Positions 1-9,874 of a stretch of DNA of 64,000 nt are shown here, one piece after another; position 1 is the first letter of the stretch; each line of letters begins with the position of its first letter. A model generated the notes under the pieces. It searched no databases. It saw only the letters and a program-made list of their open reading frames with translations, and was not told the origin of the DNA. The position numbers and the translations under genes are program-made. Source of the DNA: Promethearchaeota archaeon (GTDB taxonomy: Archaea; Asgardarchaeota; Lokiarchaeia; Sigyniarchaeales; SOKP01); assembly GCA_048938445.1 (NCBI GenBank), contig JBHLME010000001.1, positions 1-64,000 on the forward strand, read 5' to 3'.

Positions 1-63
1 CGCCATAACATAATTCATTGTTGGACGTCGACCGACAAATACAGAGTTTTCATCTTTAGACAT
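1..63 (-). CDS. albA: DNA/RNA-binding protein Alba, N-terminal part (runs off the window start; not in the ORF track)
   Basis: The reverse complement from ATG at 63 reads MSKDENSVFVGRRPTMNYVMA, matching the Alba N-terminus (V.[IV]G[KR][KR]P.MNYV.A). A GAGGT Shine-Dalgarno lies just upstream. Confidence 0.85.
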   Translation of the reverse strand, partial: MSKDENSVFVGRRPTMNYVMA

Positions 64-428
64 CTAATTTACCTCTTTGTTTGTTTTTTTGTTTTTATTT
101 TTATGCAATTTTTTAGTATTTCTAATGTATTAAAAAATTCAAATATTTAAAAATCTTTTAAATTTTTTTCAATAAGGCACTTTACTCATTTTGAAATTAT
201 AAGAATTATTCTGTTTAATTACATATGGATTCTATATCTTTTTTAAGAGTAAAAACTAATGATATAAAAAAAATATTCTTCTCTAATTATCAGTAAACGA
301 TTCATTTTTAAGAATAGATTTATTGGGTAAAAAAAAATTTAAAAGCAATTAAACTTTTTGGACTATATTAAGATTAAAAAAGACAATTTAACCATTAACC
401 AAACTAAAAAATAAAAGTTGACAAAAAG

Positions 429-1406
429 TTGATTAATAATGAAACAATTAAATATGAAATTTGGACAAATAAATTATCAAAAACTTATGGTAAGGGCGAA
501 AAAGCTGTAAAGGCTGTAAAACAAATAGACATAACCGTAGAACCCGGAATATATGGTTTCTTAGGACCTAATGGTGCGGGTAAGACATCAACAATCCATA
601 TGTTAATAGGTGCTATATCAATTACAAGTGGTAAGGCGAAAATTAGAGGAATGAACGCAGGTTCGGTTAATTCTAGGAGAATAATAGGGTTTTTACCACA
701 AGACCCTTCTTTTTATAAGAACATGACTGGGAAGCAATATCTATTGTACATGGCACAACTCAATGGTTTGAAGAAGATGGTAGCCAGACAGAAAATTGAA
801 GAATTACTTGGTTTTTTTGATTTAATGGATGCCAAGGAAAGAAAAATTGGAAAATATTCTGGGGGGATGAAACAAAAAATCGGAATTGCTGCGTCTTTAA
901 TACACGATCCCGAGATTTTAATACTCGATGAGCCAACAAGCAATTTGGATCCTATAGCTAGAGCTGAAATAATTAATAGAATTAAAAAATTATCTGAGAA
1001 TATATCAGTTTTCGTTTCAAGTCATATCTTATCAGAAATAGAGCAAATGTGTGAAAAAGTCGTAATGATAAATAAAGGAAAAATAATTCTAATAGATACT
1101 ATTAAAAATATTAAAGATATATATAAAGCATCCTCAAATACCTTTATATTAAGTACTGATTTAAATGAAAAAATGATTCAAATATTAAAAGTAAAAGATT
1201 ACATTGCAAATATTTGGTTAAATGAAAAAGAAAATAAAATATATATTAAACCAAGTAATAATAATGCATTTCTATCAGAAATACCTAAATTATTGGCTGA
1301 AAATAATGTAATGTTAAAGAGTTTGAATCAACAAGAATCAACTTTACAAGATATTTTTGTAGACATAATAGGAGAAGATGATAAAAATGAATTTAAAAAA
1401 AAATAA
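429..1406 (+). CDS. ABC transporter ATP-binding subunit (ABC-2/drug-exporter type)
   Basis: Walker A GPNGAGKT, signature YSGGMKQ, Walker B ILILDEPT, H-loop SSH. Confidence 0.95.
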   Translation: MINNETIKYEIWTNKLSKTYGKGEKAVKAVKQIDITVEPGIYGFLGPNGAGKTSTIHMLIGAISITSGKAKIRGMNAGSVNSRRIIGFLPQDPSFYKNMTGKQYLLYMAQLNGLKKMVARQKIEELLGFFDLMDAKERKIGKYSGGMKQKIGIAASLIHDPEILILDEPTSNLDPIARAEIINRIKKLSENISVFVSSHILSEIEQMCEKVVMINKGKIILIDTIKNIKDIYKASSNTFILSTDLNEKMIQILKVKDYIANIWLNEKENKIYIKPSNNNAFLSEIPKLLAENNVMLKSLNQQESTLQDIFVDIIGEDDKNEFKKK

Positions 1407-2433
1407 ATCACAGTCGCAATTGTTGGATAGTTTCATATCTCATCCTCATTTTGCTATGCATCCAATATTAGTAATTGCTAAGAAAACACTTATATTTAAT
1501 GTTTTTAACATAAAAAGAGTATTAATATGTATTATTTTAATGGTTATTGTTCCAGTTATAATGCTTCTTATAACTCCAGCTAATTCATATATAACTTATG
1601 AATATTACATAACTGAAGAATTTGATATTGAATATAATATTATTATAGCAACACTTACAGAAACAGTGGGAATCATTGTATTTTTTTATTCATTTGGACT
1701 TATTTTCACCTTATTTATATCGGTTTCCGCGGCACCACTAATTTCAGAAGAATTGAAATCAGGAACTATGATAATATTAGTGAGTAAACCAATTAATAGA
1801 CATGGTATTGTCATAGGTAAGCTGATTGCAATCTTTCTTTTTGGAATATTCGTGAGTATTATTTCCTTACTGATTATAACAGTTGTAGGGATGATCAAAT
1901 TTCCTTTTCCCGATCCCCTGCAATTTTTCCTTCTACATTTTATTTATTCTATCTTTATTATTATAAGTTTTGGAGGATTATCATTAGGAATTTCATGTGT
2001 ATTTAAAAAACCTAGAAATGCTATTTTAATTCCAATTATTTTAATAATTTTTTCCTATTTGATTGGAATAATAATAAAAGCCATTTTAGTAATGACAACC
2101 TCTTTAGGAACCCCATCAATCTATGATCAAATGCAACTATATCATTTTGATCTCTCATATCATCTGGCAAACCTATATATAGCATTAGCTGAATTATATG
2201 TTCCAGGAGCTAGTAATAATTTTGTTTGGAATAACTTCTTACTTTATTTTGGAATTACTAAATATAATACAAATCTTTACTGTGATTCTTCTGGAGATTG
2301 TTCAGTACTTCATAATTATATAATAACTACAAACTACTATTTGCCAATTATTTCTTCTTTAATTTTAATCCTAATTGGCTTATTATTATTATTTGGGGGT
2401 ATATTATTTTTAAAAAAAAGAGATATTTCGTGA
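1378..2433 (+). CDS. ABC-2 type transporter permease
   Basis: Multiple TM helices, family motif ISEELKSGTM..LVSKPI.R..IV.GK, C-terminal KKRDIS; overlaps the ATPase gene. Confidence 0.9.
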   Translation: MIKMNLKKNKSQSQLLDSFISHPHFAMHPILVIAKKTLIFNVFNIKRVLICIILMVIVPVIMLLITPANSYITYEYYITEEFDIEYNIIIATLTETVGIIVFFYSFGLIFTLFISVSAAPLISEELKSGTMIILVSKPINRHGIVIGKLIAIFLFGIFVSIISLLIITVVGMIKFPFPDPLQFFLLHFIYSIFIIISFGGLSLGISCVFKKPRNAILIPIILIIFSYLIGIIIKAILVMTTSLGTPSIYDQMQLYHFDLSYHLANLYIALAELYVPGASNNFVWNNFLLYFGITKYNTNLYCDSSGDCSVLHNYIITTNYYLPIISSLILILIGLLLLFGGILFLKKRDIS

Positions 2434-2478
2434 TTGTTATAAAAAAAAATAAATTTAAAATATCTTTAAAATAGGTTT

Positions 2479-3345
2479 TTACAGCTTTTTTTTATTTAGT
2501 ATTGAGCGTTTTTTGACAAGATATATTAACCCAATTATACAAGTTCCTGCAATCCCTGCAGGGATAATATATTCACTCCCAAAAGGTATAAACGGATTAG
2601 GATTTATTCCCGAACTCTCATATTCAGCAACAATCTTAGAATTGCTAAAATTATACTCCCATTTTGAAACAATTCCATTTGTATCGACCTCAATATAATT
2701 ATATCCCCTAGAAACCTCATAATAATAATCTCCCGTATAATTATATTCCCATTGTGAAAGAGTTAAATTGAGTGTATTTGATGTACTGCTATAATTCGAT
2801 ATTTTGCTATATTTATTTGTTAGGGTATTACCTAACTCTGAGAGATTTAAACCTACTGGGAGAACTGTTAGGAAATATTTAGTAGCTAGATAATTAGCAG
2901 TCCATAATAATCCAGAGGTTTGATTATACATTAACATTGCATAATTATTAGCTGATCTTCCGGTTCCAATAGGAAAAAACGAATAAGGATTATATGAATT
3001 CCATTGATCATAATATTTGTCATAATGATCCAATGCACCGATAATGCAGGGATTATCTCCTATACTTACTTGATAATCTCCATTTTCATAGTAAGCATAA
3101 CATGGAAAAACTGAATAACCAATGATTGTGATTCTAAATTTATCACCAGCAGAAAGGGGATTAATTATAAAGAATTCTGATTCATCATTAATGACTTCTG
3201 TTATATTCCAAATATAATACCATCCTGATTCCCCAGAAATGCTGTAAGTTCCTATTTCCGTAGTTGCTAAAGCGTTTTTGCTAAAATTTGGAGAAATAAT
3301 TATAAATCCAATAATTAAAAGACTTAATATTTTAATATTTTTCAT
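2479..3345 (-). CDS. Secreted, C-terminally membrane-anchored surface protein (candidate sortase substrate)
   Basis: N-terminal signal peptide, Tyr/Asn/Ser-rich body with several N-x-S/T sequons, C-terminal IPFG + hydrophobic helix + KKR. Confidence 0.7.
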   Translation of the reverse strand: MKNIKILSLLIIGFIIISPNFSKNALATTEIGTYSISGESGWYYIWNITEVINDESEFFIINPLSAGDKFRITIIGYSVFPCYAYYENGDYQVSIGDNPCIIGALDHYDKYYDQWNSYNPYSFFPIGTGRSANNYAMLMYNQTSGLLWTANYLATKYFLTVLPVGLNLSELGNTLTNKYSKISNYSSTSNTLNLTLSQWEYNYTGDYYYEVSRGYNYIEVDTNGIVSKWEYNFSNSKIVAEYESSGINPNPFIPFGSEYIIPAGIAGTCIIGLIYLVKKRSILNKKKL

Positions 3346-3546
3346 GATATTTTAAATTATACCTTTTATTGCGATAATTTGAGATTATTTCATCTTTAGA
3401 CTTTATTAAGTAAATTTATTATAAAAAGATTTTTAATTATTTGGATTTATCATTTCTGGTTTCTTAATCTCTATTTTTTTAAATATACAAAATGAAATTT
3501 TTATTGTTATTAGAATCAAAGCTAAAGAAATTAATGACAATAAAAC

Positions 3547-4140
3547 TTATTTAAGGTTTTTTTTAATTCCTTTGCATATTTTTAGAAAATAATTATCAAG
3601 CTTTAGTTTTCCTTTATCATTATAAGGAAAATTCTTACAATCTAATGGTTTGATCTCATGAATAGCACAGATATTTTCTTTTAAAAACGGACAAGTTCCA
3701 TTATTTTCGAATCTTATAATATATTCCAAACCTCGATCAATCCCTTCTAAAATTGTATTAAAATATTTAGGAACTAATATGGGCATTCTTCCTAATTCTG
3801 GAATAAATGTATAAATTGGCAAAGGAAGTATTCCCTCTCCTAAATATTCATGATTCTTTATTATAAAATCTGCTAGTTCTCTTTTCTTTGATTCATACAA
3901 GTTTTTATCATATTTTTGTAAAAGGTCTAACAGTGCATTTTTTTCTTCAATATGGTATCCGGCTAAACCTTCAGAGGAAATTGATTTTGCATCAATCTGA
4001 ATATTTTTCAAAATTTCTAATTTACCAAGATCAAGCCATTTTAGAACGTCTTCTTTTCGAATAGAGACCTCTAAACCCGCTCTACAGCAACTTCCGCATT
4101 TTTTGCATTTAAACGTAAATTCTGAAGAATTTTCTTTCAT
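3547..4140 (-). CDS. YkgJ-family cysteine-cluster (Zn/Fe-S) protein
   Basis: FKCKKCGSCC at the N-terminus, then CPFL...C.IH..KP..C..FP. Confidence 0.85.
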   Translation of the reverse strand: MKENSSEFTFKCKKCGSCCRAGLEVSIRKEDVLKWLDLGKLEILKNIQIDAKSISSEGLAGYHIEEKNALLDLLQKYDKNLYESKKRELADFIIKNHEYLGEGILPLPIYTFIPELGRMPILVPKYFNTILEGIDRGLEYIIRFENNGTCPFLKENICAIHEIKPLDCKNFPYNDKGKLKLDNYFLKICKGIKKNLK

Positions 4141-4706
4141 ATTTCTCTGATTATAATATTATCTAATGATCTTTTCGGAACATGCATTTTATTATCCTTT
4201 TTCCAATATTTGAAAGAATTGTTGTAGATCTCTAATTGAGATTCCTCATCAGGGACTCCCAAACTTATTACATGAGAAATTTCATAAAAATTAGGTATTT
4301 CAAAAATTTCTCTTATCTTATTCCTATTAATCGCACCCATCCAACATGATCCTAATCCAAAATTAAGAGCACCTAATAAAATATTCTCAATAGCTCCTCC
4401 AATTTCGACATTAGCATTTTTTTTTATTTTCGTATTCACGCATACGATTATATAAGCCATTGGTCTTCTCTTTTCTTCAGGGATTCTTTCCTCTGGTGGT
4501 AGTGATCCCGCCCATACAAGACATGGAAATATTTTTTCTCTATTTTCTTGGGTATTTATAATGAGATATTCTAAACTTTGAATATTATTACCCATTGGTG
4601 CTACACGAGCATAATCAATTAATTTTCTTAGTGTTTCTAAAGTTATTGGTGTTTGCTTAAATCTTCGAATAGTTCTTCTTTTATAAATAACGTCTTCAAT
4701 ATCCAA
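4137..4706 (-). CDS. Nitroreductase family flavoprotein
   Basis: RRTIRRF, AP.G.N.Q, ENILL.A...GLGSCW motifs. Confidence 0.9.
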   Translation of the reverse strand: MDIEDVIYKRRTIRRFKQTPITLETLRKLIDYARVAPMGNNIQSLEYLIINTQENREKIFPCLVWAGSLPPEERIPEEKRRPMAYIIVCVNTKIKKNANVEIGGAIENILLGALNFGLGSCWMGAINRNKIREIFEIPNFYEISHVISLGVPDEESQLEIYNNSFKYWKKDNKMHVPKRSLDNIIIREI

Positions 4707-4756
4707 TGAAAGTTCACAATATATCTCAATTTAATAAATTTATTAAAATATTAGAA

Positions 4757-5803
4757 TTAAATATTAATTTCTCTCATTGTTAATAAGTTTTTCGCGATTT
4801 GGTCAAATGCATCTAAGACATTACTACCATTTAATGCAGAAGTTTCAATATATCCAAAATTCAATTCTTTAGATAATTTTTGAGCGTCTTGTGCCTTTAC
4901 TTCTCGATAAGATAAATCACTTTTATTTCCAATAAGAACTCCGCTAATTTTATCGATATTAATTACATTTTCTTTTATATCTTTAAAAGAATCATAAATA
5001 CTATTAAAAGTTTCGAGCCTTGACAGATCAAAAACAATTATAACACCATCAGCTCCTTGATAAAATTGTTTCCTCATTAAGAAAAAACGTTCCTGTCCAG
5101 CAATGTCCCAGAGAGCAAACTGGACCTTAATGTTATTAACGTCTAAACCTTTCTCGCTGATATTAACTCCTAAAGTAGGGAGATATGATCTACTAAAAGC
5201 ATTAGCAGTAAATCTTAAAATTAAAGAAGATTTTCCTACTTCCGCATCGCCTATGACAATTAATTTAAAAATATATTCAGGTTTATCTGTTTTAAGAGAT
5301 ACTTTTTTTGGTGAAATCATTTCTTTAAAAGCAAGTTCTTTATTTTTTAATTCTTCAAGGACTTTCTTAATTTTATCAGCAACTATTAGAATATATTTTT
5401 TAAATTCTTCACTACTAGAGCCCGATAGTTCTAATTCAATCAAATTCTTAGAATATTCCTCACAGGCTACCTCTAAATCTTCTCGATATTTGTAAAAAAT
5501 TACATCATCTTCTTCATTAAAAAGAAACGTTAGACAACTACGTGCTAAACCTCCTCGACGAGTTTCATCTTTCCATTTTAAATACCATATAAATCCTTTT
5601 TTTTTATAAGAAGGAAATGGAACAATAACAACGGATTTTGGAGTATATCCTTGTTCAGCTGTCAATAAGCTTATTGATTTGATACCTGCCAATATTTTTA
5701 ATTTTTCATCAAGATCATTAGGACTCCAAACTAAAGGGGTTGTCCCATGAATATCATCATATTGAATATACACAATTCCAGTTATTATATCCTTTTCATT
5801 CAT
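4757..5803 (-). CDS. Rab-like small GTPase with N-terminal uDENN/longin-like domain
   Basis: G1 GDAEVGKS, G2 YLPTLG, G3 WDIAGQE, G4 NKSD, G5 ETSA. The N-terminal ~150 aa share motifs with the N-termini of 21929..23449 and 45824..47242. Confidence 0.85.
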   Translation of the reverse strand: MNEKDIITGIVYIQYDDIHGTTPLVWSPNDLDEKLKILAGIKSISLLTAEQGYTPKSVVIVPFPSYKKKGFIWYLKWKDETRRGGLARSCLTFLFNEEDDVIFYKYREDLEVACEEYSKNLIELELSGSSSEEFKKYILIVADKIKKVLEELKNKELAFKEMISPKKVSLKTDKPEYIFKLIVIGDAEVGKSSLILRFTANAFSRSYLPTLGVNISEKGLDVNNIKVQFALWDIAGQERFFLMRKQFYQGADGVIIVFDLSRLETFNSIYDSFKDIKENVINIDKISGVLIGNKSDLSYREVKAQDAQKLSKELNFGYIETSALNGSNVLDAFDQIAKNLLTMREINI

Positions 5804-5903
5804 GAATAAACAATTTTAAAAATAAATTAATTAATAATTTTTTACTTCTATTGAGTTACATGTTTTATATCGATTTATTTTTATCTTTCTTTTTTTTCAG
5901 ATG

Positions 5904-5923
5904 AAAAAAGGGACGTTTCCCTT
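5904..5923 (-). terminator. Hairpin + U-tract terminator
   Basis: The minus strand reads AAGGGA-AACG-TCCCTT-TTTT, overlapping the stop codon of 5922..6326. Confidence 0.5.
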
Positions 5924-6326
5924 ATTGTTCTCCACCACAGTTTTCACAATATTGTGCTGTTTTGTTAATTTGAAATCCGCATAGAGGACAAAATTTTTTT
6001 TCTATATATTCTTCTGATACATCCGATTGAGTTTTTATATATGAAGTCTCGTCTTGGACAAATGGTAGTTTTTGTGGTAACTTGATCATTGGGATGAACT
6101 GTTTGCAATTAATGCATTCCATCTTTCCCTTTTTCGCTAATCTAAATGCTTTTCTTTGACCTAATCCTGATAATTGTCCCATACAATCTACACACCAGAC
6201 TTTTCTACAATTATTACAAGAAAAAAAATAATTTCCCCATTCTTCTACAAAATATCTCTTGTTATTCGTGTTTCTGCCACAGATCACGCAGTTATATGGA
6301 GAATCCGGTCTATTTTTTGCATACAT
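5922..6326 (-). CDS. Eight-cysteine cross-brace-type (FYVE/RING-like) zinc finger plus C-terminal zinc ribbon
   Basis: CVIC...CNNC-x4-CVDC...CINC followed by CPLCG...CENCG. Confidence 0.7.
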   Translation of the reverse strand: MYAKNRPDSPYNCVICGRNTNNKRYFVEEWGNYFFSCNNCRKVWCVDCMGQLSGLGQRKAFRLAKKGKMECINCKQFIPMIKLPQKLPFVQDETSYIKTQSDVSEEYIEKKFCPLCGFQINKTAQYCENCGGEQ

Positions 6327-6465
6327 TTTATATAATATATTATTAAATTAGCTTATAGATCTTATATTTTAATGATTTAAAAATTGTCTTTATTCTTTAA
6401 ATTTTTGAATAAAATATAGTAAGTGTAAAAAGTATTACTTTAAAGTAACTTAACAAAAAATAAGT

Positions 6466-6744
6466 CTAATCTTTTATTGGTTCTAACATGGATATAATGC
6501 GGTATATCGTCGAGCGTGAATGAAACGGGATATTTGGATCTTGGGAGAGATCATCAATATTATAGATCACGTTACTTGCGATGATACCAGGAGTTTCACC
6601 GCTTTCACCAGATAATTCATTAATAGATCTTTGCGCAACTCTTTTTATATTTCTTGGTACAGATCTATCATTTAACATTCCTTCTAATAATTCTATAACA
6701 TCTTGAAAAGTTTTTTTTACAACTTCCTCACTAACTTTCGGCAT
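6466..6744 (-). CDS. UPF0147 family archaeal protein
   Basis: Motifs D.SVPRNI[KR]R.A and L..DPN[IM]P.H.R..I. Confidence 0.9.
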   Translation of the reverse strand: MPKVSEEVVKKTFQDVIELLEGMLNDRSVPRNIKRVAQRSINELSGESGETPGIIASNVIYNIDDLSQDPNIPFHSRSTIYRIISMLEPIKD

Positions 6745-7031
6745 TAAATTGACTCACCTAAATTAATGTAATTAGTAATAAGTATTTTTATTGAGTGAAT
6801 ATTACTTAAAATTTAATTTTTATCTTTTTGTTAATATTTAACTAAAAGCAAATGTTAAGATACAAAAAAGTTAGGAATTTAACGCAAAAAGATAATATTA
6901 ACAAAAAAAATTGATTAAATGAAAAATTTTCATTCCGAAATTTTTATTTTACATTTTAAATTATAAACAAAATAAAATATTTTAAACACAGCTTATATAT
7001 CCGATGAAAAATTAACGAACTGGTTATAAAA

Positions 7032-9698
7032 ATGTCATCAACAGAAAAAAAATATATTTATACATTTAGAGAAGGAAGTAAGGATATGAAAAATATTCTT
7101 GGTGGAAAAGGAGCCAATTTAGCAGAAATGACGGGATTAGGTCTAGCCATTCCCCAAGGTTTTACTATTTCATGTCAAGCCTGCTTGGATTATTTCAATG
7201 ACCCTGATAGTTTTATTGAAAAGATTAGACAAGATGTCATGGATCACGTGAAGGGTTTAGAAAAGGAAGCAGGTAAAACTTTCGGAGCAGATTCTAATGC
7301 TTTATTAGTAAGTGTTCGAAGTGGAGCACCAATGTCAATGCCTGGAATGATGGACACTGTTTTAAATTTGGGTTTAAATGATAAAGCAGTAGTAGGTCTT
7401 GCTGAAGAAACGCAAAATGAACGATTTGCTTATGATGCGTATAGACGTTTCATTCAAATGTTTGGTGATGTCGTCATGGGCATCGAATTGGAACATTTTG
7501 AAGAAATTTTAAATAAATACAAGGAAGCTAAGGGTAAAGGAACTCAAGATACGGATCTAACTGTAGAAGATCTTAAAAAGATCATAGAAGATTACAAGTT
7601 ATTATACAAAAAGCATATTGGAGAAGATTTTCCACAAGAACCTATCAAGCAATTATTCTTGGCAATTCGAGCGGTTTTTGATTCTTGGAATAATAAAAGA
7701 GCAATTACTTATAGAAGAATAAATAAAATTCCTAATTTTGGAACCGCTGTAAATGTCCAATCAATGGTTTTTGGGAATAAAGGGTGGGATTCAGGAACAG
7801 GTGTAGCCTTTACAAGAGATCCTTCAACAGGAGAAAAAGTAAAGTTCGGAGAATATCTCCCTAATGCTCAAGGTGAAGATGTAGTTGCTGGAATCCGCAC
7901 TCCAAAAAAATTAGATGAAATGAAAGAGGAATTCCCAGAGGTTTATAATGAATTGATGGACACAATGGATAAACTAGAAAATCATTATAAGGACATGCAA
8001 GACATCGAATTTACTATTGAAAATGGAAAATTATTTCTTTTACAAACCAGAAATGGGAAAAGAACACCGCAAGCTGCCATAAAAATTGCTGTTGATAGCG
8101 TAAAGGAAGGATTGATTACAAAAGAAGAAGCTATAATGTCCATCGATCCTAATATCATTTCAAACCTGTTATTCAAGCATATTGATGAGAAAAATGCAGA
8201 CATGTCAAAATTAATAGCTCAAGGGATTAATGCTTCACCAGGAGCAGTAACCGGGAAGGTGGTATTTGAAGCCGATGATGCTGTGAAATTAGCGGAAAAG
8301 GAAGGTGAAGATATAATTCTTGTAAGACCTCAAACAAAACCAGATGATGTACATGGTTTATTTGCAGCAAAAGGGGTTTTAACTCAATTTGGAGGAAAGA
8401 CTTCACATGCTGCAGTCGTAGCTAGAGGAATGGGAAAACCTGCTGTTGTCGGCGCTCAAATGCTCTGTATAAATCTTGATAAGAAAATGTGTGATCTTGG
8501 TGAAAATTTAATCCAGGAAGGAGATATTATAACTATTGATGGTGCAACAGGTAAGGTATTTAAGGGTGAAATGCCTTTAATCGACCCAGAATTAAAGGGA
8601 GAATTTGTCGAGTTATTAAATATGGCAGATGAAATCAAAGCTTTAGGAGTTAGAGCTAATGCCGACACACCCGAAGATGCAACAAAAGCAATAGAATTTG
8701 GAGCAGAAGGAATAGGTCTTTGTAGAACTGAACACATGTTCATGGCACAAGAAAGATTACCTGTTGTCCAACAAATGATAATGGCTGAGACGGATGAACA
8801 ACGCCAAAAAGCTCTGGATAAAATTTTACCAATGCAGAAAGGAGATTTCTATGAGATTTTTAAGATAATGAAAGATAAACCAGTAACAATTCGATTGTTA
8901 GATCCTCCTTTACACGAATTCTTACCTGAACTAGAAGTTGTATTACTAGAACATCAAGAGCTTAAACTAAAAGGAAGTTCGGTTGAAGAAATTGAATCAA
9001 AGGAAAATGTAATTACTAAAATCCGTTCTTTATCCGAAGAAAATCCAATGATGGGACTTCGTGGTTGCCGTTTAGGAATAACTTGGCCTCAAATCAATGA
9101 AATGCAAGTAAAAGCCATTTTCCAAGCAGCTTGTGAACTTAAAAAAGAGGGAATTAATGCTATCGTAGAAGTAATGATTCCACTTGTTGGTAATATCAAT
9201 GAACTGACATTTGTTAAGAAAGATTTGGTAAAAATCGCTGCAGAAACGATTAAAAGTTATGGTGTGAATCTTGATTATAAATTTGGTACGATGATTGAAG
9301 TCCCACGTGCAGCTTTAACTGCAGGTAAAATAGCTGAAGAAGCAGAATTTTTCTCGTTTGGAACAAATGATTTAACACAGATGACTTTTGGATTTTCAAG
9401 GGATGATGCGGAAGGAAAATTTATCCCAATTTATTTGGAAAAGGGTATATTGAAGGACAATCCATTTGAAGTCTTGGATCAAGAAGGCGTAGGTAAGTTA
9501 ATGAAAATGACAATTAAAGATGGACGAGAGACACGACCAGACTTGAAATGTGGAATTTGCGGTGAACATGGAGGTGAACCTAGTTCAGTGATTTTTGGAC
9601 ATGATATTGGACTGAATTATGTTTCATGCTCTCCATTCAGGCTTCCTATCGCTAGAATTGCTGCAGCTCAAGCAAATATAATAAACAAAAAGGAGTAA
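7032..9698 (+). CDS. ppdK: Pyruvate, phosphate dikinase
   Basis: LGGKGANLAEM, VSVRSGA..SMPGMMDT, phospho-His GGKTSHAAVVARG, GIGLCRTEHMF, SFGTNDLTQ, GICGEHGG. Confidence 0.98.
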   Translation: MSSTEKKYIYTFREGSKDMKNILGGKGANLAEMTGLGLAIPQGFTISCQACLDYFNDPDSFIEKIRQDVMDHVKGLEKEAGKTFGADSNALLVSVRSGAPMSMPGMMDTVLNLGLNDKAVVGLAEETQNERFAYDAYRRFIQMFGDVVMGIELEHFEEILNKYKEAKGKGTQDTDLTVEDLKKIIEDYKLLYKKHIGEDFPQEPIKQLFLAIRAVFDSWNNKRAITYRRINKIPNFGTAVNVQSMVFGNKGWDSGTGVAFTRDPSTGEKVKFGEYLPNAQGEDVVAGIRTPKKLDEMKEEFPEVYNELMDTMDKLENHYKDMQDIEFTIENGKLFLLQTRNGKRTPQAAIKIAVDSVKEGLITKEEAIMSIDPNIISNLLFKHIDEKNADMSKLIAQGINASPGAVTGKVVFEADDAVKLAEKEGEDIILVRPQTKPDDVHGLFAAKGVLTQFGGKTSHAAVVARGMGKPAVVGAQMLCINLDKKMCDLGENLIQEGDIITIDGATGKVFKGEMPLIDPELKGEFVELLNMADEIKALGVRANADTPEDATKAIEFGAEGIGLCRTEHMFMAQERLPVVQQMIMAETDEQRQKALDKILPMQKGDFYEIFKIMKDKPVTIRLLDPPLHEFLPELEVVLLEHQELKLKGSSVEEIESKENVITKIRSLSEENPMMGLRGCRLGITWPQINEMQVKAIFQAACELKKEGINAIVEVMIPLVGNINELTFVKKDLVKIAAETIKSYGVNLDYKFGTMIEVPRAALTAGKIAEEAEFFSFGTNDLTQMTFGFSRDDAEGKFIPIYLEKGILKDNPFEVLDQEGVGKLMKMTIKDGRETRPDLKCGICGEHGGEPSSVIFGHDIGLNYVSCSPFRLPIARIAAAQANIINKKE

Positions 9699-9714
9699 GA
9701 CTCCATTTCTTTTT
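9692..9714 (+). terminator. Hairpin + T-rich terminator after ppdK
   Basis: GGAGT-AAG-ACTCC followed by ATTTCTTTTT. Confidence 0.4.
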
Positions 9715-9874
9715 CCTATTAATATTTTTTATTAATTATCAATTAAAGTCTCTTTACTTAATTAAAATTAATTTTACGATAATAATCATATTAATAGTAG
9801 GATTTATATATTCGCCGAATTAACTAAATTATATTATTTTTTAAAAAAAAAAAAGTAAATTAAGTGGAAAATAT

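Noticed and set aside
6918-6934. Palindrome AATGAAAAATTTTCATT upstream of ppdK, and TTACTTTAAAGTAA at 6435..6448
   Set aside because: These are almost pure A/T palindromes, expected by chance in this composition, and no second copy was seen.
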